From an uncultured Mycoplasmatota bacterium (GTDB lineage Bacteria; Bacillota_I; Bacilli_A; RF39; UBA660): a stretch of 64,000 nucleotides of DNA. Made by a program: the position numbers and the translations under genes. The notes beneath the pieces were generated by a model. The model was not told the DNA's origin. It worked only from the letters and a program-made list of their open reading frames with translations, and searched no databases. The stretch covers positions 2,734-66,733 of the forward strand of contig CAOJYR010000004.1 in the NCBI GenBank assembly GCA_948465965.1, written 5' to 3'. Below, one piece after another: positions 1 to 10,065 of the stretch (its first letter is position 1; the number at the start of each line of letters is the position of its first letter).

Positions 1-938
1 TATTTGAGGATAGTTTTTTACCTAGTGATGATTATGGATCTGTTACTGTTATAAAATGGGGTGTTAGATTCGAGATTACTACTTTTAGAAAAGAGATTAA
101 TTATGCTGATAATAGGCATCCTATGGAGATAAAATATATAGATGATTTATATCAGGATTTATTAAGACGTGACTTTACTATTAATACTATTTGCATGGAT
201 GATGGGGGTGAAATCATTGACTTTTTGGGTGGTCAGGATGATTTAGATAAGAAGGTTATAAGAACTGTTGGGAATGCAAAGGAAAAATTTAATGAAGATT
301 GTCTTAGAATTTTAAGAGCCATTCGATTTGCGACTAGTCTTGATTTTGATTTAGATTCAGAAGTAATTGATGCTATAAGAGAAAATAAACATTTATTAAA
401 GAATTTGTCATACAACAGAAAAAGAGAAGAGCTAGATAAAATATTTGTCAGTAGTAATGCATCGAAGGGGATTGGTCTTTTACTTAATTTTAATTTAGAT
501 AAGGATTTAGAATTAGTACATCTTGATAAAGTTACTAGTACTGATAGTTTAATAGGTGTTTGGAGTATTTTAAATGTGGTGGATTTATATCCATTTAATA
601 ATAATGAAAAAGAGCTTATTGAAAATATAAATAAAGTACTTGGTTTAAACAATTATGATGCTATGACTTTATATAAATATGGACTTTATGTTAATAGTGT
701 AGCTGGGGATATAAAAAGACTTGATAAGAAGAGAATAACTGAGAATTATAATCAATTGGTTATTCACAGTAGAAGTGATTTAGATATTACTAGTGAAGAG
801 ATTATGGATATTTTAAATCGAGAACCAGGAGAGTATTTAAAAGATATTTATGATGATGTAATTCGAGAAGTTTTGTATAAAAGATTGTGTAATCAAAAAG
901 AGGATATAAAAAAATATATATTGGAGAAATATTTATAG
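1..938 (+). CDS. cca: CCA-adding enzyme / tRNA nucleotidyltransferase, C-terminal part (5' end lies upstream of the window)
   Basis: The reading frame is open from base 3. FEITTFRKE..Y.DNRHP, RDFTINTICMD and LRILRAIRFATSL are typical of the poly(A) polymerase/CCA-adding family. Confidence 0.8.
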   Translation, partial: FEDSFLPSDDYGSVTVIKWGVRFEITTFRKEINYADNRHPMEIKYIDDLYQDLLRRDFTINTICMDDGGEIIDFLGGQDDLDKKVIRTVGNAKEKFNEDCLRILRAIRFATSLDFDLDSEVIDAIRENKHLLKNLSYNRKREELDKIFVSSNASKGIGLLLNFNLDKDLELVHLDKVTSTDSLIGVWSILNVVDLYPFNNNEKELIENINKVLGLNNYDAMTLYKYGLYVNSVAGDIKRLDKKRITENYNQLVIHSRSDLDITSEEIMDILNREPGEYLKDIYDDVIREVLYKRLCNQKEDIKKYILEKYL

Positions 939-986
939 ATACATTTCTATCTTTTTTTTTTCTTTTGTGTTATTATAAAGACATTC

Positions 987-1673
987 ATGGGAGATGATTA
1001 TGTGAAAAGTTCTGAATTAGTAGAAATATTTAAAGATGGTAATATAGTTGTTCCTGTTTATTTTTTTAAGCATTATAGGGAGTTTAAACTTTCTATGGAT
1101 GAATTTATGTTTTTAATGTATTTATATAATTTAGGTAATAAGTTTGTTTTTGATCCGGGAAAGTTTTCTAATGACTTAAATATGGATTTAGCTAAAATTA
1201 TGGAATATATTAGTAATCTTACTGATAAGCATTTTATTCGGGTAGAGGTATTAAAGAATGATAAGGGTTTAATGGAAGAAGTTGTTATTCTTGATGATTT
1301 TTATAATAAACTATCTTTAAAGGTTATAGATAGTGTTAATAGTAGTAAGAAAAGTGATAATTCTAATATATTTGAGATTATAGAAAAAGAGTTTGGAAGA
1401 ACACTTAGTCCTATAGAATATGAGATTATTAAGGCTTGGCTTGATAATAATATTAGTGAGGAGTTAATAAAGGAGGCTATTAAAGAAGCTACCTTTAATG
1501 GGGTATCTAATTTACGTTATATTGATAAGATTTTATATGAATGGGGTAAGGCTGGAATAAAGACTTCTAAAGATGTATTAGAAAACAGAAAAAAAAGAAA
1601 TAAGAAAAAAGATGATGATACTGAAATTGATATGGATATGGTAGATTGGAATTGGTTTGATGAAGACGAATAA
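987..1673 (+). CDS. dnaD: DnaD-domain replication initiation / membrane attachment protein
   Basis: C-terminal DnaD-domain pattern FGRTLSPIEYEIIKAWLDN..ELIKEAIKEA...NLRYIDKILYEWGKAGIKT. It lies directly upstream of nth, as in B. subtilis. Confidence 0.75.
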   Translation: MGDDYVKSSELVEIFKDGNIVVPVYFFKHYREFKLSMDEFMFLMYLYNLGNKFVFDPGKFSNDLNMDLAKIMEYISNLTDKHFIRVEVLKNDKGLMEEVVILDDFYNKLSLKVIDSVNSSKKSDNSNIFEIIEKEFGRTLSPIEYEIIKAWLDNNISEELIKEAIKEATFNGVSNLRYIDKILYEWGKAGIKTSKDVLENRKKRNKKKDDDTEIDMDMVDWNWFDEDE

Positions 1674-2280
1674 AATTATGGATTATTTGGATGAGTTGTT
1701 TCCTGATCCAAAGTGTGAATTAATTTATTTTAATGATTATAGTTTACTTATGGCAATTGTGTTAAGTGCTCAGTGTACTGATAAGAGGGTGAATAGTGTG
1801 ACTCCTTTAATATTCGAGAGATATAAGACGCTAGAAGAGCTAAAAGAGGCTTCTTTAAAGGATTTGGAAGCTATTATTAGACCAGTTGGTTCTTTTAGAA
1901 AAAAGGCCTCTTATCTTAAGGAAATAGCTAGAATATTGGTTGATGAATATGATGGTGTTGTACCAACAGATAGAAATATATTAGAAAAGTTTCCTGGTGT
2001 TGGTAGAAAAACTGTTAATGTATTTTTAGGAGAATTTTATAATGAGCCAGCAATTGCGGTAGATACTCATGTAGAAAGGGTTTCTAAGAGATTAAAGCTT
2101 GCTTATTTAGGTGATGATGTTTATAAAGTAGAGACTAAGTTAATGAAAAAGTTTCCAAAAGAAAAATGGGCAAGACTTCATTTACAACTGGTTTTATTTG
2201 GAAGATATCATTGTAAGGCAGTAAAGCCAGAATGTGAAAATTGTAAATTGAGGGATTTATGTAGAGGGAAGAAAAGATGA
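1657..2280 (+). CDS. nth: Endonuclease III (HhH-GPD DNA glycosylase/AP lyase)
   Basis: LSAQCTDKRVN, a helix-hairpin-helix (FPGVGRKTVNV), VDTHV, and the C-terminal 4Fe-4S cluster loop CKAVKPECENCKLRDLC. Confidence 0.9.
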   Translation: MMKTNKIMDYLDELFPDPKCELIYFNDYSLLMAIVLSAQCTDKRVNSVTPLIFERYKTLEELKEASLKDLEAIIRPVGSFRKKASYLKEIARILVDEYDGVVPTDRNILEKFPGVGRKTVNVFLGEFYNEPAIAVDTHVERVSKRLKLAYLGDDVYKVETKLMKKFPKEKWARLHLQLVLFGRYHCKAVKPECENCKLRDLCRGKKR

Positions 2281-3497
2281 GGGACTATGAAGATAAGTAT
2301 ATTGAACTTTTATTAAAAAGATGTATACATTTTAAGAAGTCTAACGCTTTAATGATACATATTGATTTAAAGGAGCATATGAAATTTGCTAAAAGGGTTG
2401 AGAAAGTTGCTCGCGATATGGGAGTAGAAGATATTTGTATCCATTTAAATGATTTAGATGATATTCATGAGTATTTAAAAAAGACTAATTTAGAAGATAT
2501 TAAACTTAATTCTTTGATAGATAGGTATGATTGGGATTTTTATTCATCTAAAGGTGGAGCTTGTTTATTTTTAACGTCTACTGTTCCAGGGTTAATGGAT
2601 GATATAGATGAAGCAAAACTACAAAAGTGGCTTACTCTTAGAAATGCTTCTAGTCCTTATTATAGGAGGCATGTTAAGGAATATATTTTTCCTTGGTGTA
2701 TTGCGTCTTTACCTAATCGAAGATGGGCAAAAACTATTTTTGGGAATGATTCTGCGGCTTATGATAAATTATATTTGAATATTATAAAGATGGTTATGGC
2801 TGATAGGGATGATCCTGTTAAAGCTTGGCAGAATTGGATTGATAAAAATAATTATTATAAAGAAGAGCTTAATAAATTAGAAATCACTTCTATGCACTAT
2901 AAAAACTCTATAGGTACGGACTTAATAGTTGGTATCCCTAAGGGGAACATTTGGCTTAACTTAAATAAAACTGACGATATGGGGAATCCAATTATTGTTA
3001 ATATGCCAAGTTATGAGATTTTTAATACTCCTAATAAATATATGACTAATGGAATAGTTAAATCTAGTAAGCCACTTTATTATAATGATTGTCTTATAGA
3101 TAATTTTTATCTTGGTTTTAAAGAGGGTAAAGTTATATCATGTGGAGCAGAGGTCGGTCAGAAAGTCTTAGAAACGTTTATTAGAGGTAATCCAGGTGCT
3201 AATTATTTAGGTGAAGTGGCTTTGGTTCCAAAAGATTCACTAATTGCTAATACGGGAATTGTTTTTAATGAAACTTTGTTTGATGAGAATTCTAGTTGTC
3301 ACTTTGCGTTGGGAGCAGCTACTGCAAGGAATATTCCAAATTATTATGATATGACTGATACAGATTTGGATAAAATTGGTTTTAATTCATCTATGATTCA
3401 TGTGGATTTTATGGTTGGAACTGATGATTTATCTATTGAGGCGGATACAAATAAGGGGAAGGTATTAATTTTTAAGAATGGTAATTTTAATATTTAG
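2277..3497 (+). CDS. Aminopeptidase, M29 (AmpS/PepS-like) family
   Basis: The C-terminal block GEVALVP...FNETLFDENSSCHFALG...MIHVDFMVG resembles B. subtilis AmpS. There is a 4-nt overlap with nth. Confidence 0.8.
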   Translation: MRDYEDKYIELLLKRCIHFKKSNALMIHIDLKEHMKFAKRVEKVARDMGVEDICIHLNDLDDIHEYLKKTNLEDIKLNSLIDRYDWDFYSSKGGACLFLTSTVPGLMDDIDEAKLQKWLTLRNASSPYYRRHVKEYIFPWCIASLPNRRWAKTIFGNDSAAYDKLYLNIIKMVMADRDDPVKAWQNWIDKNNYYKEELNKLEITSMHYKNSIGTDLIVGIPKGNIWLNLNKTDDMGNPIIVNMPSYEIFNTPNKYMTNGIVKSSKPLYYNDCLIDNFYLGFKEGKVISCGAEVGQKVLETFIRGNPGANYLGEVALVPKDSLIANTGIVFNETLFDENSSCHFALGAATARNIPNYYDMTDTDLDKIGFNSSMIHVDFMVGTDDLSIEADTNKGKVLIFKNGNFNI

Positions 3498-3535
3498 ACA
3501 TTAAAAAACTCTAGTTTGAAACTAGAGCTTTTTCT

Positions 3536-6202
3536 TTATGGAGTAACTATTGGATCTTCTGGATTAGGAGTTGGTGTAGTAGTAGGTGTAGGGGAAGGTG
3601 AAGGCGAAGGGGTAGGAGTTGGTGATGGTGTTGCTGGTTCTTTTAGTGTATAAGTAGCAGCATCACTTTGTGCTTCACTATAACTCTTATATGTTGCAAT
3701 TACTTTATAAGTTCCATATGGATTCTCTCCAGATCTCAATGTATACGAATAACTGGTTTTATCTGTAAATGATATTAATGTTGATCCCAAATATACATTA
3801 TATCCGAAGGTTCCATAGTTACTATCTGCATTTTCGATAGGATTAACTGCATTCCAACTTAATGTTACTTTGTTTGTATTTTCATCATATGTTACTTTGA
3901 AGTTTTCTGGTTTTGAAAGTTTTGTATTTTCTTCTACTATTCCCTTTGGTTCGTGTCCTTTTTTGAAGTATTCATAAACGATGCTTCCACTATTTCCTCC
4001 AGCTGGAATTGCTGCTTTTACAACACTTGATGGTTGTTTGAAGGCTTCTCTATTTGATTCCATAGCTCCAGATGATACTAAGGCTTTAAATAATTTGTCT
4101 TTTTGAACTGTTGCTGGGATATTTCTTAAGCAATATTCACTATCTATAAAATCATACCCATACCACATACCAATGACTGTTTTAGTAGAATATCCTATGA
4201 CCCATGAATCTCTGATTGCATCTCCTGGTAAATGATTCTTTTTCATTGTATTTTCATCATAGTTTGTTGTACCTGTTTTACAAGCTACATTATTTGGTGT
4301 TCCACCTGTTAGGGCTACATCTTGTAGAACGCTTGATATCATAAATGCTGTTGCATCGGACATCACTTGTTTTTTATTTGATTTATGTTCTTTTGTGGTA
4401 CCATTGTCTCTAAAGACTACTTTACTAACACTATATGGTTCATTGTAATATCCACCATTTGAGAAGGCTGCATATGCAGCACTCATTTGTAATGGGCTTA
4501 CTCCAGTAAAAGCACCAATTGAATGAGCTTCATGAATTTTACCATTTTCTATTTCTGGAGTTATTCCTAAACCTGTTACAAAGTCAATTATTTTTTTATT
4601 ATCTACTTGTTGGAAAGCTTTTAAGGCTGGGATATTTCTTGATGTTGATAGGGCTCTTCTTAGTGTGATTGTTCCATAATATCCACCATCCCAGTTTTTT
4701 ATGGATCTTCCATTTGAATAACTATATGGGGAGTCATCAAACATTTTATAATTATCATCACCATTTTGGTATCCATAAGTAGACCAATTGTTATATTCTA
4801 TACCTGGTCCATAGTCAAATAATGGTTTAGCGGTTGAACCTGGTTGTCTTTTGATTTGTGTTGCATAGTTGTAACTATTAGCTCCACTTCTATTACGTCC
4901 ATTACCGATGGCTAATATTTTTCCTGTTTGCGAATCTAATACAGAAACACCAGTTTGGACTTTATCATTAATCCAGCTATATGATTCTCCATTTAATACA
5001 GAGTTTACTGCATTTTGTTTTTCTGGATCCATATTCGTATAGATTAATAATGGTGTAGTATATGCATTTACTTCATATTTATCTTTTACTTCATCAACAA
5101 CAGTATCAATATATCCTTGGTACTCATTTGTTACTGAGTTTTCAACGTCTGCTGTTATAGATTCTACAGGGATACTGTTTGCTATTTTCTCTTCTTTTTC
5201 TGTTATATACCCATGGCGTTTCATTAAATAAAGAACTGTTTTTCTTCTTTCAGTAGCATTCTTAGGATTAGCTGTTGGTCTATAATAGTTAGGTGATTTA
5301 AACATTCCTGCAAGTACTGCGGCTTCACTAAGATTTAAATCACTAACGCTTTTCCCAAAGTAAGCTTCTGCAGCTTCTTCTACACCATAGATATTTCCAC
5401 CTAAGAAGTGATTATTTACATAAAATTCAATAATTTCTTCTTTACTATATTTTTTTTCTAGTTTGAATACTGCTAAATATATATCAGTAAATTTACGAAT
5501 AATACCTTTTATTCCGCTAGCCTCAGTTGATGTGAAGCTGTTTTTTATAACTTGCATTGATAAAGTTGATGCACCACCAGCATCTGATTGTCCAATTAAT
5601 TGTTTTGCTGATGCTTTTAAAAATCTTGCGGCATCAAATCCATTATGTTGAAAGAATCTTGAATCTTCAGTAGCAATGATTGCGTCAACTAATACTTGGG
5701 GTAGTTCATCATAAGTTACTTTTTCACGCATTTCAGAACCTAATTTAGCTATTTCTTTTTCATTTTTATCATAAATAATTGTTACTTCACTAGTATTTAA
5801 TTTTGAAGTATCAAATTTTGGAGCACTTACAGTAATATATATTAGAAATGCTGATAATAATGTTAATCCAAGGATTCCAAGGGCTAATATTATAATTAAG
5901 AGTATATTAATTATTCTTTTTTTCTTTTTATCATTTTTATATTTTTTTAATAGATGAGCGACTCCAACAATGATTCCAATACCTACTGCAGTTATTATGG
6001 TGAAAATTATGCCTAATTTTAAATAGCATAAAAGTAGTAGAGCTACAAAACCTATCCAACATGCAATTTCTATATTTTCATATTTTTTATTTTTTCTTGT
6101 TGGGGGTGTTTTTCCTTTTAGATTGTATTGTTTTGTTGTTTTGTTTGTACTTTTTGTTTTTGTGTTATTAGGTTTTTTTCTTTTTATATCTTTTTTTTGC
6201 AT
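3536..6202 (-). CDS. ponA: Class A penicillin-binding protein 1A (transglycosylase + transpeptidase) with C-terminal FN3-like domain and Pro/Thr/Ser tail
   Basis: GT51 motifs (EDSRFFQHNGFD, GASTLSMQ), transpeptidase motifs (STAKP, KTGTT) and an N-terminal TM helix. I moved the start to ATG 6202, which is preceded by GGAGG (6211-6215, minus strand). The track ORF extends to 6229. Confidence 0.9.
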   Translation of the reverse strand: MQKKDIKRKKPNNTKTKSTNKTTKQYNLKGKTPPTRKNKKYENIEIACWIGFVALLLLCYLKLGIIFTIITAVGIGIIVGVAHLLKKYKNDKKKKRIINILLIIILALGILGLTLLSAFLIYITVSAPKFDTSKLNTSEVTIIYDKNEKEIAKLGSEMREKVTYDELPQVLVDAIIATEDSRFFQHNGFDAARFLKASAKQLIGQSDAGGASTLSMQVIKNSFTSTEASGIKGIIRKFTDIYLAVFKLEKKYSKEEIIEFYVNNHFLGGNIYGVEEAAEAYFGKSVSDLNLSEAAVLAGMFKSPNYYRPTANPKNATERRKTVLYLMKRHGYITEKEEKIANSIPVESITADVENSVTNEYQGYIDTVVDEVKDKYEVNAYTTPLLIYTNMDPEKQNAVNSVLNGESYSWINDKVQTGVSVLDSQTGKILAIGNGRNRSGANSYNYATQIKRQPGSTAKPLFDYGPGIEYNNWSTYGYQNGDDNYKMFDDSPYSYSNGRSIKNWDGGYYGTITLRRALSTSRNIPALKAFQQVDNKKIIDFVTGLGITPEIENGKIHEAHSIGAFTGVSPLQMSAAYAAFSNGGYYNEPYSVSKVVFRDNGTTKEHKSNKKQVMSDATAFMISSVLQDVALTGGTPNNVACKTGTTNYDENTMKKNHLPGDAIRDSWVIGYSTKTVIGMWYGYDFIDSEYCLRNIPATVQKDKLFKALVSSGAMESNREAFKQPSSVVKAAIPAGGNSGSIVYEYFKKGHEPKGIVEENTKLSKPENFKVTYDENTNKVTLSWNAVNPIENADSNYGTFGYNVYLGSTLISFTDKTSYSYTLRSGENPYGTYKVIATYKSYSEAQSDAATYTLKEPATPSPTPTPSPSPSPTPTTTPTPNPEDPIVTP

Positions 6203-6203
6203 T

Positions 6204-6773
6204 TTATATACCTCCAATAATTTTATCAATTATTTTTAAATAGTCTAGTCTTGGTCTATAATTCTCTTTTATTAAATATGCCTTTTCCCTAAAAAATGTT
6301 ATAGGTATTGATTTTCTATTGTTATTATTAATGAAATCTAGAAAGTCTTTTCCTAAAAGAAGAAAAGTTTCATTTAAATTTGTGAATCGTATTATTATAA
6401 ATACTATTCCTTGATGATTATAGATGTTTTTTATATGTTCTATTTGGTGTGAGTGAATATTAGCTAGAGGAAAAGATGTGTTATTTTTTGTTTCTTTAGC
6501 CTCAAAGTCTATATATTTTCCATTATATACTCCATTATAATCAGTAGTAGATGGTATAGTAAAAAAAGCTTCCTTGATAACAGCTTTATCACGTGATGGG
6601 TAATCTACTTTGGTTATTTTTATTGGAGTAGGTTTTTTATATATGTAAGCTTTATCTATTTCTCTATAGTATTCATTTGTTTCATTTAAATCGTTTTCTA
6701 AAGTCATACCTCTATTTTTATGACTTATATTAGAGATAATACTTTTTTTTTTGATTCCATTTGGATAGTTCAT
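6204..6773 (-). CDS. recU: Holliday junction resolvase RecU
   Basis: RecU-like sequence (GMTLENDLNETNEYY, DYNGVY.GKYIDFEAKET) directly upstream of ponA, as in the B. subtilis recU-ponA operon. Confidence 0.9.
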   Translation of the reverse strand: MNYPNGIKKKSIISNISHKNRGMTLENDLNETNEYYREIDKAYIYKKPTPIKITKVDYPSRDKAVIKEAFFTIPSTTDYNGVYNGKYIDFEAKETKNNTSFPLANIHSHQIEHIKNIYNHQGIVFIIIRFTNLNETFLLLGKDFLDFINNNNRKSIPITFFREKAYLIKENYRPRLDYLKIIDKIIGGI

Positions 6774-7080
6774 CTCATCACCTATTTTGTATTATACTAT
6801 AAGTTTTTATTTTTTTCTATATTTTGAAGTTAATTTAAAATAAAAAAATAAGAAAAATATCTATTATTGTCGAATTTGTGATTTTTATATAAAAGTAGGG
6901 TATTATTTAGATGGGTGATATGATGAATAATTTTGAAGTTATTAGATTAATTAATAGTATGGTAGATAATACAAGAGTTATTAGTATCCATACAAAAATG
7001 ACTTATATAAATAGTAGATTAGATAATTGACAAAAGAAATCTTTAATGCCATAATATTAATATAAGGGATTGGTGATAGA

Positions 7081-7416
7081 ATGTATCAAAATAAGATAGC
7101 ACTTATGCCACAAGATATTTTGGAGAAAGATTTTAAGATTGATACAAGAGGATATCGTTTGAAAGAGGTAGATCAATTTCTAGATATTATTATTGGAGAT
7201 TATGAACAATTTTTGAATATTATTAATACTCTTGAGAAAGAAAAGGCTGATCTGCTTGGGGAGATTATGAATTTAAAGCAGGAGCTTAGGAATTCTAAAG
7301 TTAGTATGGAAGTTGCTAGAAATAGTAGTGAGATTCCAGAAGTTACTAATGTTGATATTTTAAGGCGTCTTTCGCAACTTGAAAAGATGGTATATGGAGT
7401 TAATAAGGACAATTAA
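7081..7416 (+). CDS. gpsB: Cell-cycle protein GpsB (DivIVA-domain)
   Basis: N-terminal DivIVA/GpsB motif DILEKDFKIDTRGYRLKEVDQFLD followed by a coiled coil. rnpB lies downstream, as in Bacillus. Confidence 0.85.
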   Translation: MYQNKIALMPQDILEKDFKIDTRGYRLKEVDQFLDIIIGDYEQFLNIINTLEKEKADLLGEIMNLKQELRNSKVSMEVARNSSEIPEVTNVDILRRLSQLEKMVYGVNKDN

Positions 7417-7765
7417 TATATAGACAAACGCTGGTGTTTTTAAGATGCTAGAGGAAAGTCCATGCTCGCACAGTCTGAGATGATTGTAGTGTTCGTGCCT
7501 AGGGAAAAAATAACCTAGGGTAGAGTAATCTAACGGCAGATGATAATCTAAGTCCATTGGATATGATTTAGTCTTGAAAAGTGCCGCAGTGACGATTTTT
7601 TTGGAAACAAGAAAGTGAAACGTGGTAAACCCCGCGAGCGAGAAACCCAAATTTGGTAGGGGAGTTCTAACGAAGGAAATGAATGGAGTTAGGAACCGGT
7701 TTTCGGTAGATAAATGTTTGTCGCCTAGTAATAGGAACAGAACATGGCTTATTTATATTTATTGT
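7409..7765 (+). ncRNA. rnpB: RNase P RNA (bacterial type B)
   Basis: Universal core strings GAGGAAAGTCCATGCTCGCAC (7451-), AGTGCCGCAGTGACG, GGTAAACCCCGCGAGCGAGAAACCCAAATTTGGTAGGGG and ACAGAACATGGCTTA. A putative P1 helix pairs 7409-7420 (acaattaatata) with 7754-7765 (tatatttattgt) with one mismatch. The exact ends are uncertain. Confidence 0.85.
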
Positions 7766-7787
7766 TTATAAAGTAGAGGTGTTTTAT

Positions 7788-8285
7788 TTGAAAGAATTAG
7801 GGGAGTATTTAAAGAAGACTAGAATTAGTAATGGAGTTAGTCTTGAAGAAGCAGCTGAGGATCTTGAACTTTCAGCATCTCAACTTGAAAATATAGAAAG
7901 CGGCAATGTTAAGGCCTTTAAAGATGTTTATAATTTAAAACAGTATGTTAAGCAGTATGCTAAATACTTAGGTCTTGAGCCTGAAAAAGTAGTTGATGAG
8001 TTTAACAATTTTTTATTTGAACACACATCAAAAATTTCTTTAGATGATATAAGGGCAGCCCAAAAAAAATTAGAGGAGAAGGAAGAAAAAAAAGTTAAGT
8101 CACCTTACACTATTGAGTATAAGAAAAAATTCAATCCTTGGCCTGTTGTTTTTATTCTTTTAGGATTACTATTATTCTCAATATTTATTTATTTTGTGAT
8201 AAGTAGTGTTAACAGGGTTCCAGCAAGAGACTCTGAGTTAATGCCTGTGATTAGAAAGGAGTATATTTATGAATCTACCTACTAA
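7788..8285 (+). CDS. rodZ: RodZ-like membrane-anchored XRE-family HTH protein
   Basis: N-terminal HTH (LGEYLKKTRISNGVSLEEAAEDLELS), a central TM helix, and a position upstream of pgsA as for B. subtilis ymfM/rodZ. I chose the TTG start at 7788 behind GAGGTG. The track ORF starts at GTG 7779. Confidence 0.6.
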   Translation: MKELGEYLKKTRISNGVSLEEAAEDLELSASQLENIESGNVKAFKDVYNLKQYVKQYAKYLGLEPEKVVDEFNNFLFEHTSKISLDDIRAAQKKLEEKEEKKVKSPYTIEYKKKFNPWPVVFILLGLLLFSIFIYFVISSVNRVPARDSELMPVIRKEYIYESTY

Positions 8286-8874
8286 GCTTACTGTATTTAG
8301 ATTGGTTTTAAGTATTATTATTATTTTTATTTTATGTTTTCCATTTTATAGTATAGGTATTACTATTCCTACTTTTGTAGTGAATGGGGTGTTGATGGAG
8401 CTCCAATATATAATAGCAGGTGTAATTTTTATTATTGCTAGTTTGACTGATTTTTTAGATGGTTATTTGGCTAGAAAAAATAATCAGGTTACTGATACTG
8501 GTAAGATGTTAGATGCTATAGCAGATAAGGTTTTAGTTAATTCTGTTCTTATCATTTTGGCTGCACAAGGCTTTATTAATGAGATTGTTCCAGTTATTAT
8601 TGTTTTAAGGGATATTGTTGTTAATACTATTAAAATGGAAGCAGCAGCTAAAGGTCGTGTTGTTGCGGCTATTGGATCTGGAAAACTAAAAACTGCAACG
8701 TTGATGGTGGGTACTGTTCTAATATTCTTTTATAATATTCCATTTGAATTTATTGGAATTAATGTAGCGGAGATTTTATTATATGTGGCATGCATTTTAT
8801 CAATTATTTCTGCAGTTCAATATTATAATTTAAATAAAGCAATTATTTTTAATAAGGCCGAAAATTTAAATTAG
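8269..8874 (+). CDS. pgsA: CDP-diacylglycerol--glycerol-3-phosphate 3-phosphatidyltransferase
   Basis: CDP-alcohol phosphatidyltransferase motif DFLDGYLARKNNQVTDTGKMLDAIADK in a polytopic membrane protein. Confidence 0.9.
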   Translation: MNLPTKLTVFRLVLSIIIIFILCFPFYSIGITIPTFVVNGVLMELQYIIAGVIFIIASLTDFLDGYLARKNNQVTDTGKMLDAIADKVLVNSVLIILAAQGFINEIVPVIIVLRDIVVNTIKMEAAAKGRVVAAIGSGKLKTATLMVGTVLIFFYNIPFEFIGINVAEILLYVACILSIISAVQYYNLNKAIIFNKAENLN

Positions 8875-8951
8875 TTCTACTACTGGTTTTAAAATTCCTT
8901 TTTTCTTAAGGGGATTTTTCTTTTTGGTATAATTTACTAGTTCAATTTTGT

Positions 8952-8965
8952 TAAACAATTGTTCG
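8952..8965 (+). promoter_or_regulatory. Candidate LexA (Cheo/SOS) box upstream of recA
   Basis: tAAACAATTGTTCg is one mismatch from the Firmicute GAAC-N4-GTTC palindrome and lies just upstream of the putative recA -35. Confidence 0.5.
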
Positions 8966-8973
8966 AAAAAGGC

Positions 8974-9002
8974 TTGCAATTTGTTTTTTTATAGGATACA
9001 AT
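8974..9002 (+). promoter_or_regulatory. Candidate sigma-A promoter of recA
   Basis: TTGCAA, a 17-nt spacer, then TACAAT, about 30 nt upstream of the recA start. Confidence 0.5.
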
Positions 9003-9033
9003 AGTATTGTAAGTTATTTATTTAGGAGGGTAT

Positions 9034-10065
9034 ATGAAAGCAAGTAAGACTGTTTCTAAAGATAAATCTTTAGATCAAGTATTAAATGATATTGAAAAAC
9101 AATTTGGAAAAGGTTCTATTATGAAACTTGGGGATAGTAAACATATGAAGGTTGATGTTGTATCTAGTGGGTGCCTATCTTTAGATATTGCACTAGGTGT
9201 TGGTGGTTATCCACGTGGTAGAATTATTGAAATATATGGTCCAGAATCTAGTGGTAAAACAACCTTTGCTTTACAAGCAATAGCGGAGGTTCAAAAAGTG
9301 GGAGGACGAGCTGCTTTTATTGATGCAGAACATGCTCTTGATCCTGTTTATGCTGAAAGACTTGGGGTTAATATAGATGAGTTATTATTGTCACAACCAG
9401 ATACAGGGGAGCAAGCTTTAGAAATATGTGAGGCATTAGTGAGAAGTGAAGCTGTTAGTATTGTTGTAATCGACTCGGTAGCTGCTCTTGTTCCACAGGC
9501 TGAAATTGATGGAGAAATGGGAGATTCTCATGTTGGATTGCAAGCTAGATTGATGTCTCAGGCATTGAGAAAATTATCTGGTACTATTAATAAAACGAAT
9601 ACCATTGCGATATTTATTAATCAATTGCGTGAAAAAGTCGGTGTTATGTTTGGTAATCCTGAAACTACTCCTGGTGGAAGAGCTTTAAAATTCTATTCTA
9701 CAATTAGACTTGATATTCGTCGTAAAGAAAGTTTGAAGATGGGAGATGGTATTGTTGGGAATAAGACTACTGTTAAAGTAGTAAAGAACAAGGTTGCTCC
9801 ACCTTTTAAATCTGCTGAAGTTGATATTATGTATGGGGAAGGTGTTTCTCGTGAGGGGGAGATTATCGACTTGGCTGCTGATGCTGGTATTGTTGATAAA
9901 ACTGGAGCTTGGTATTCTTATCAAGGTGAAAAGTTGGGCCAAGGTAAGGAAAATGTTAAACTCTTACTTAAAGATACACCAGAATTAAGAGATGAGATTG
10001 AACAAAAGGTTAGAGAATACTATGATATATCTTTAGATAAAAAGGAAAATGGAGACAACGGTTAG
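9034..10065 (+). CDS. recA: Recombinase RecA
   Basis: Unmistakable RecA sequence ([38 protein letters not shown]). Confidence 0.97.
   Translation: MKASKTVSKDKSLDQVLNDIEKQFGKGSIMKLGDSKHMKVDVVSSGCLSLDIALGVGGYPRGRIIEIYGPESSGKTTFALQAIAEVQKVGGRAAFIDAEHALDPVYAERLGVNIDELLLSQPDTGEQALEICEALVRSEAVSIVVIDSVAALVPQAEIDGEMGDSHVGLQARLMSQALRKLSGTINKTNTIAIFINQLREKVGVMFGNPETTPGGRALKFYSTIRLDIRRKESLKMGDGIVGNKTTVKVVKNKVAPPFKSAEVDIMYGEGVSREGEIIDLAADAGIVDKTGAWYSYQGEKLGQGKENVKLLLKDTPELRDEIEQKVREYYDISLDKKENGDNG

Noticed and set aside
6911-7030. A 39-codon ORF (MGDMMNNFEVIRLINSMVDNTRVISIHTKMTYINSRLDN) in the recU-gpsB intergenic region.
   Set aside because: It has no convincing RBS and no recognisable family. It lies in a divergent promoter region where random ORFs are likely.
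7360-7650. A 96-aa minus-strand ORF, and the 70-aa ORF at 7200-7412.
   Set aside because: The first lies antisense within the RNase P RNA gene and the second antisense within gpsB. Neither has an RBS. They are explained by the features on the plus strand.
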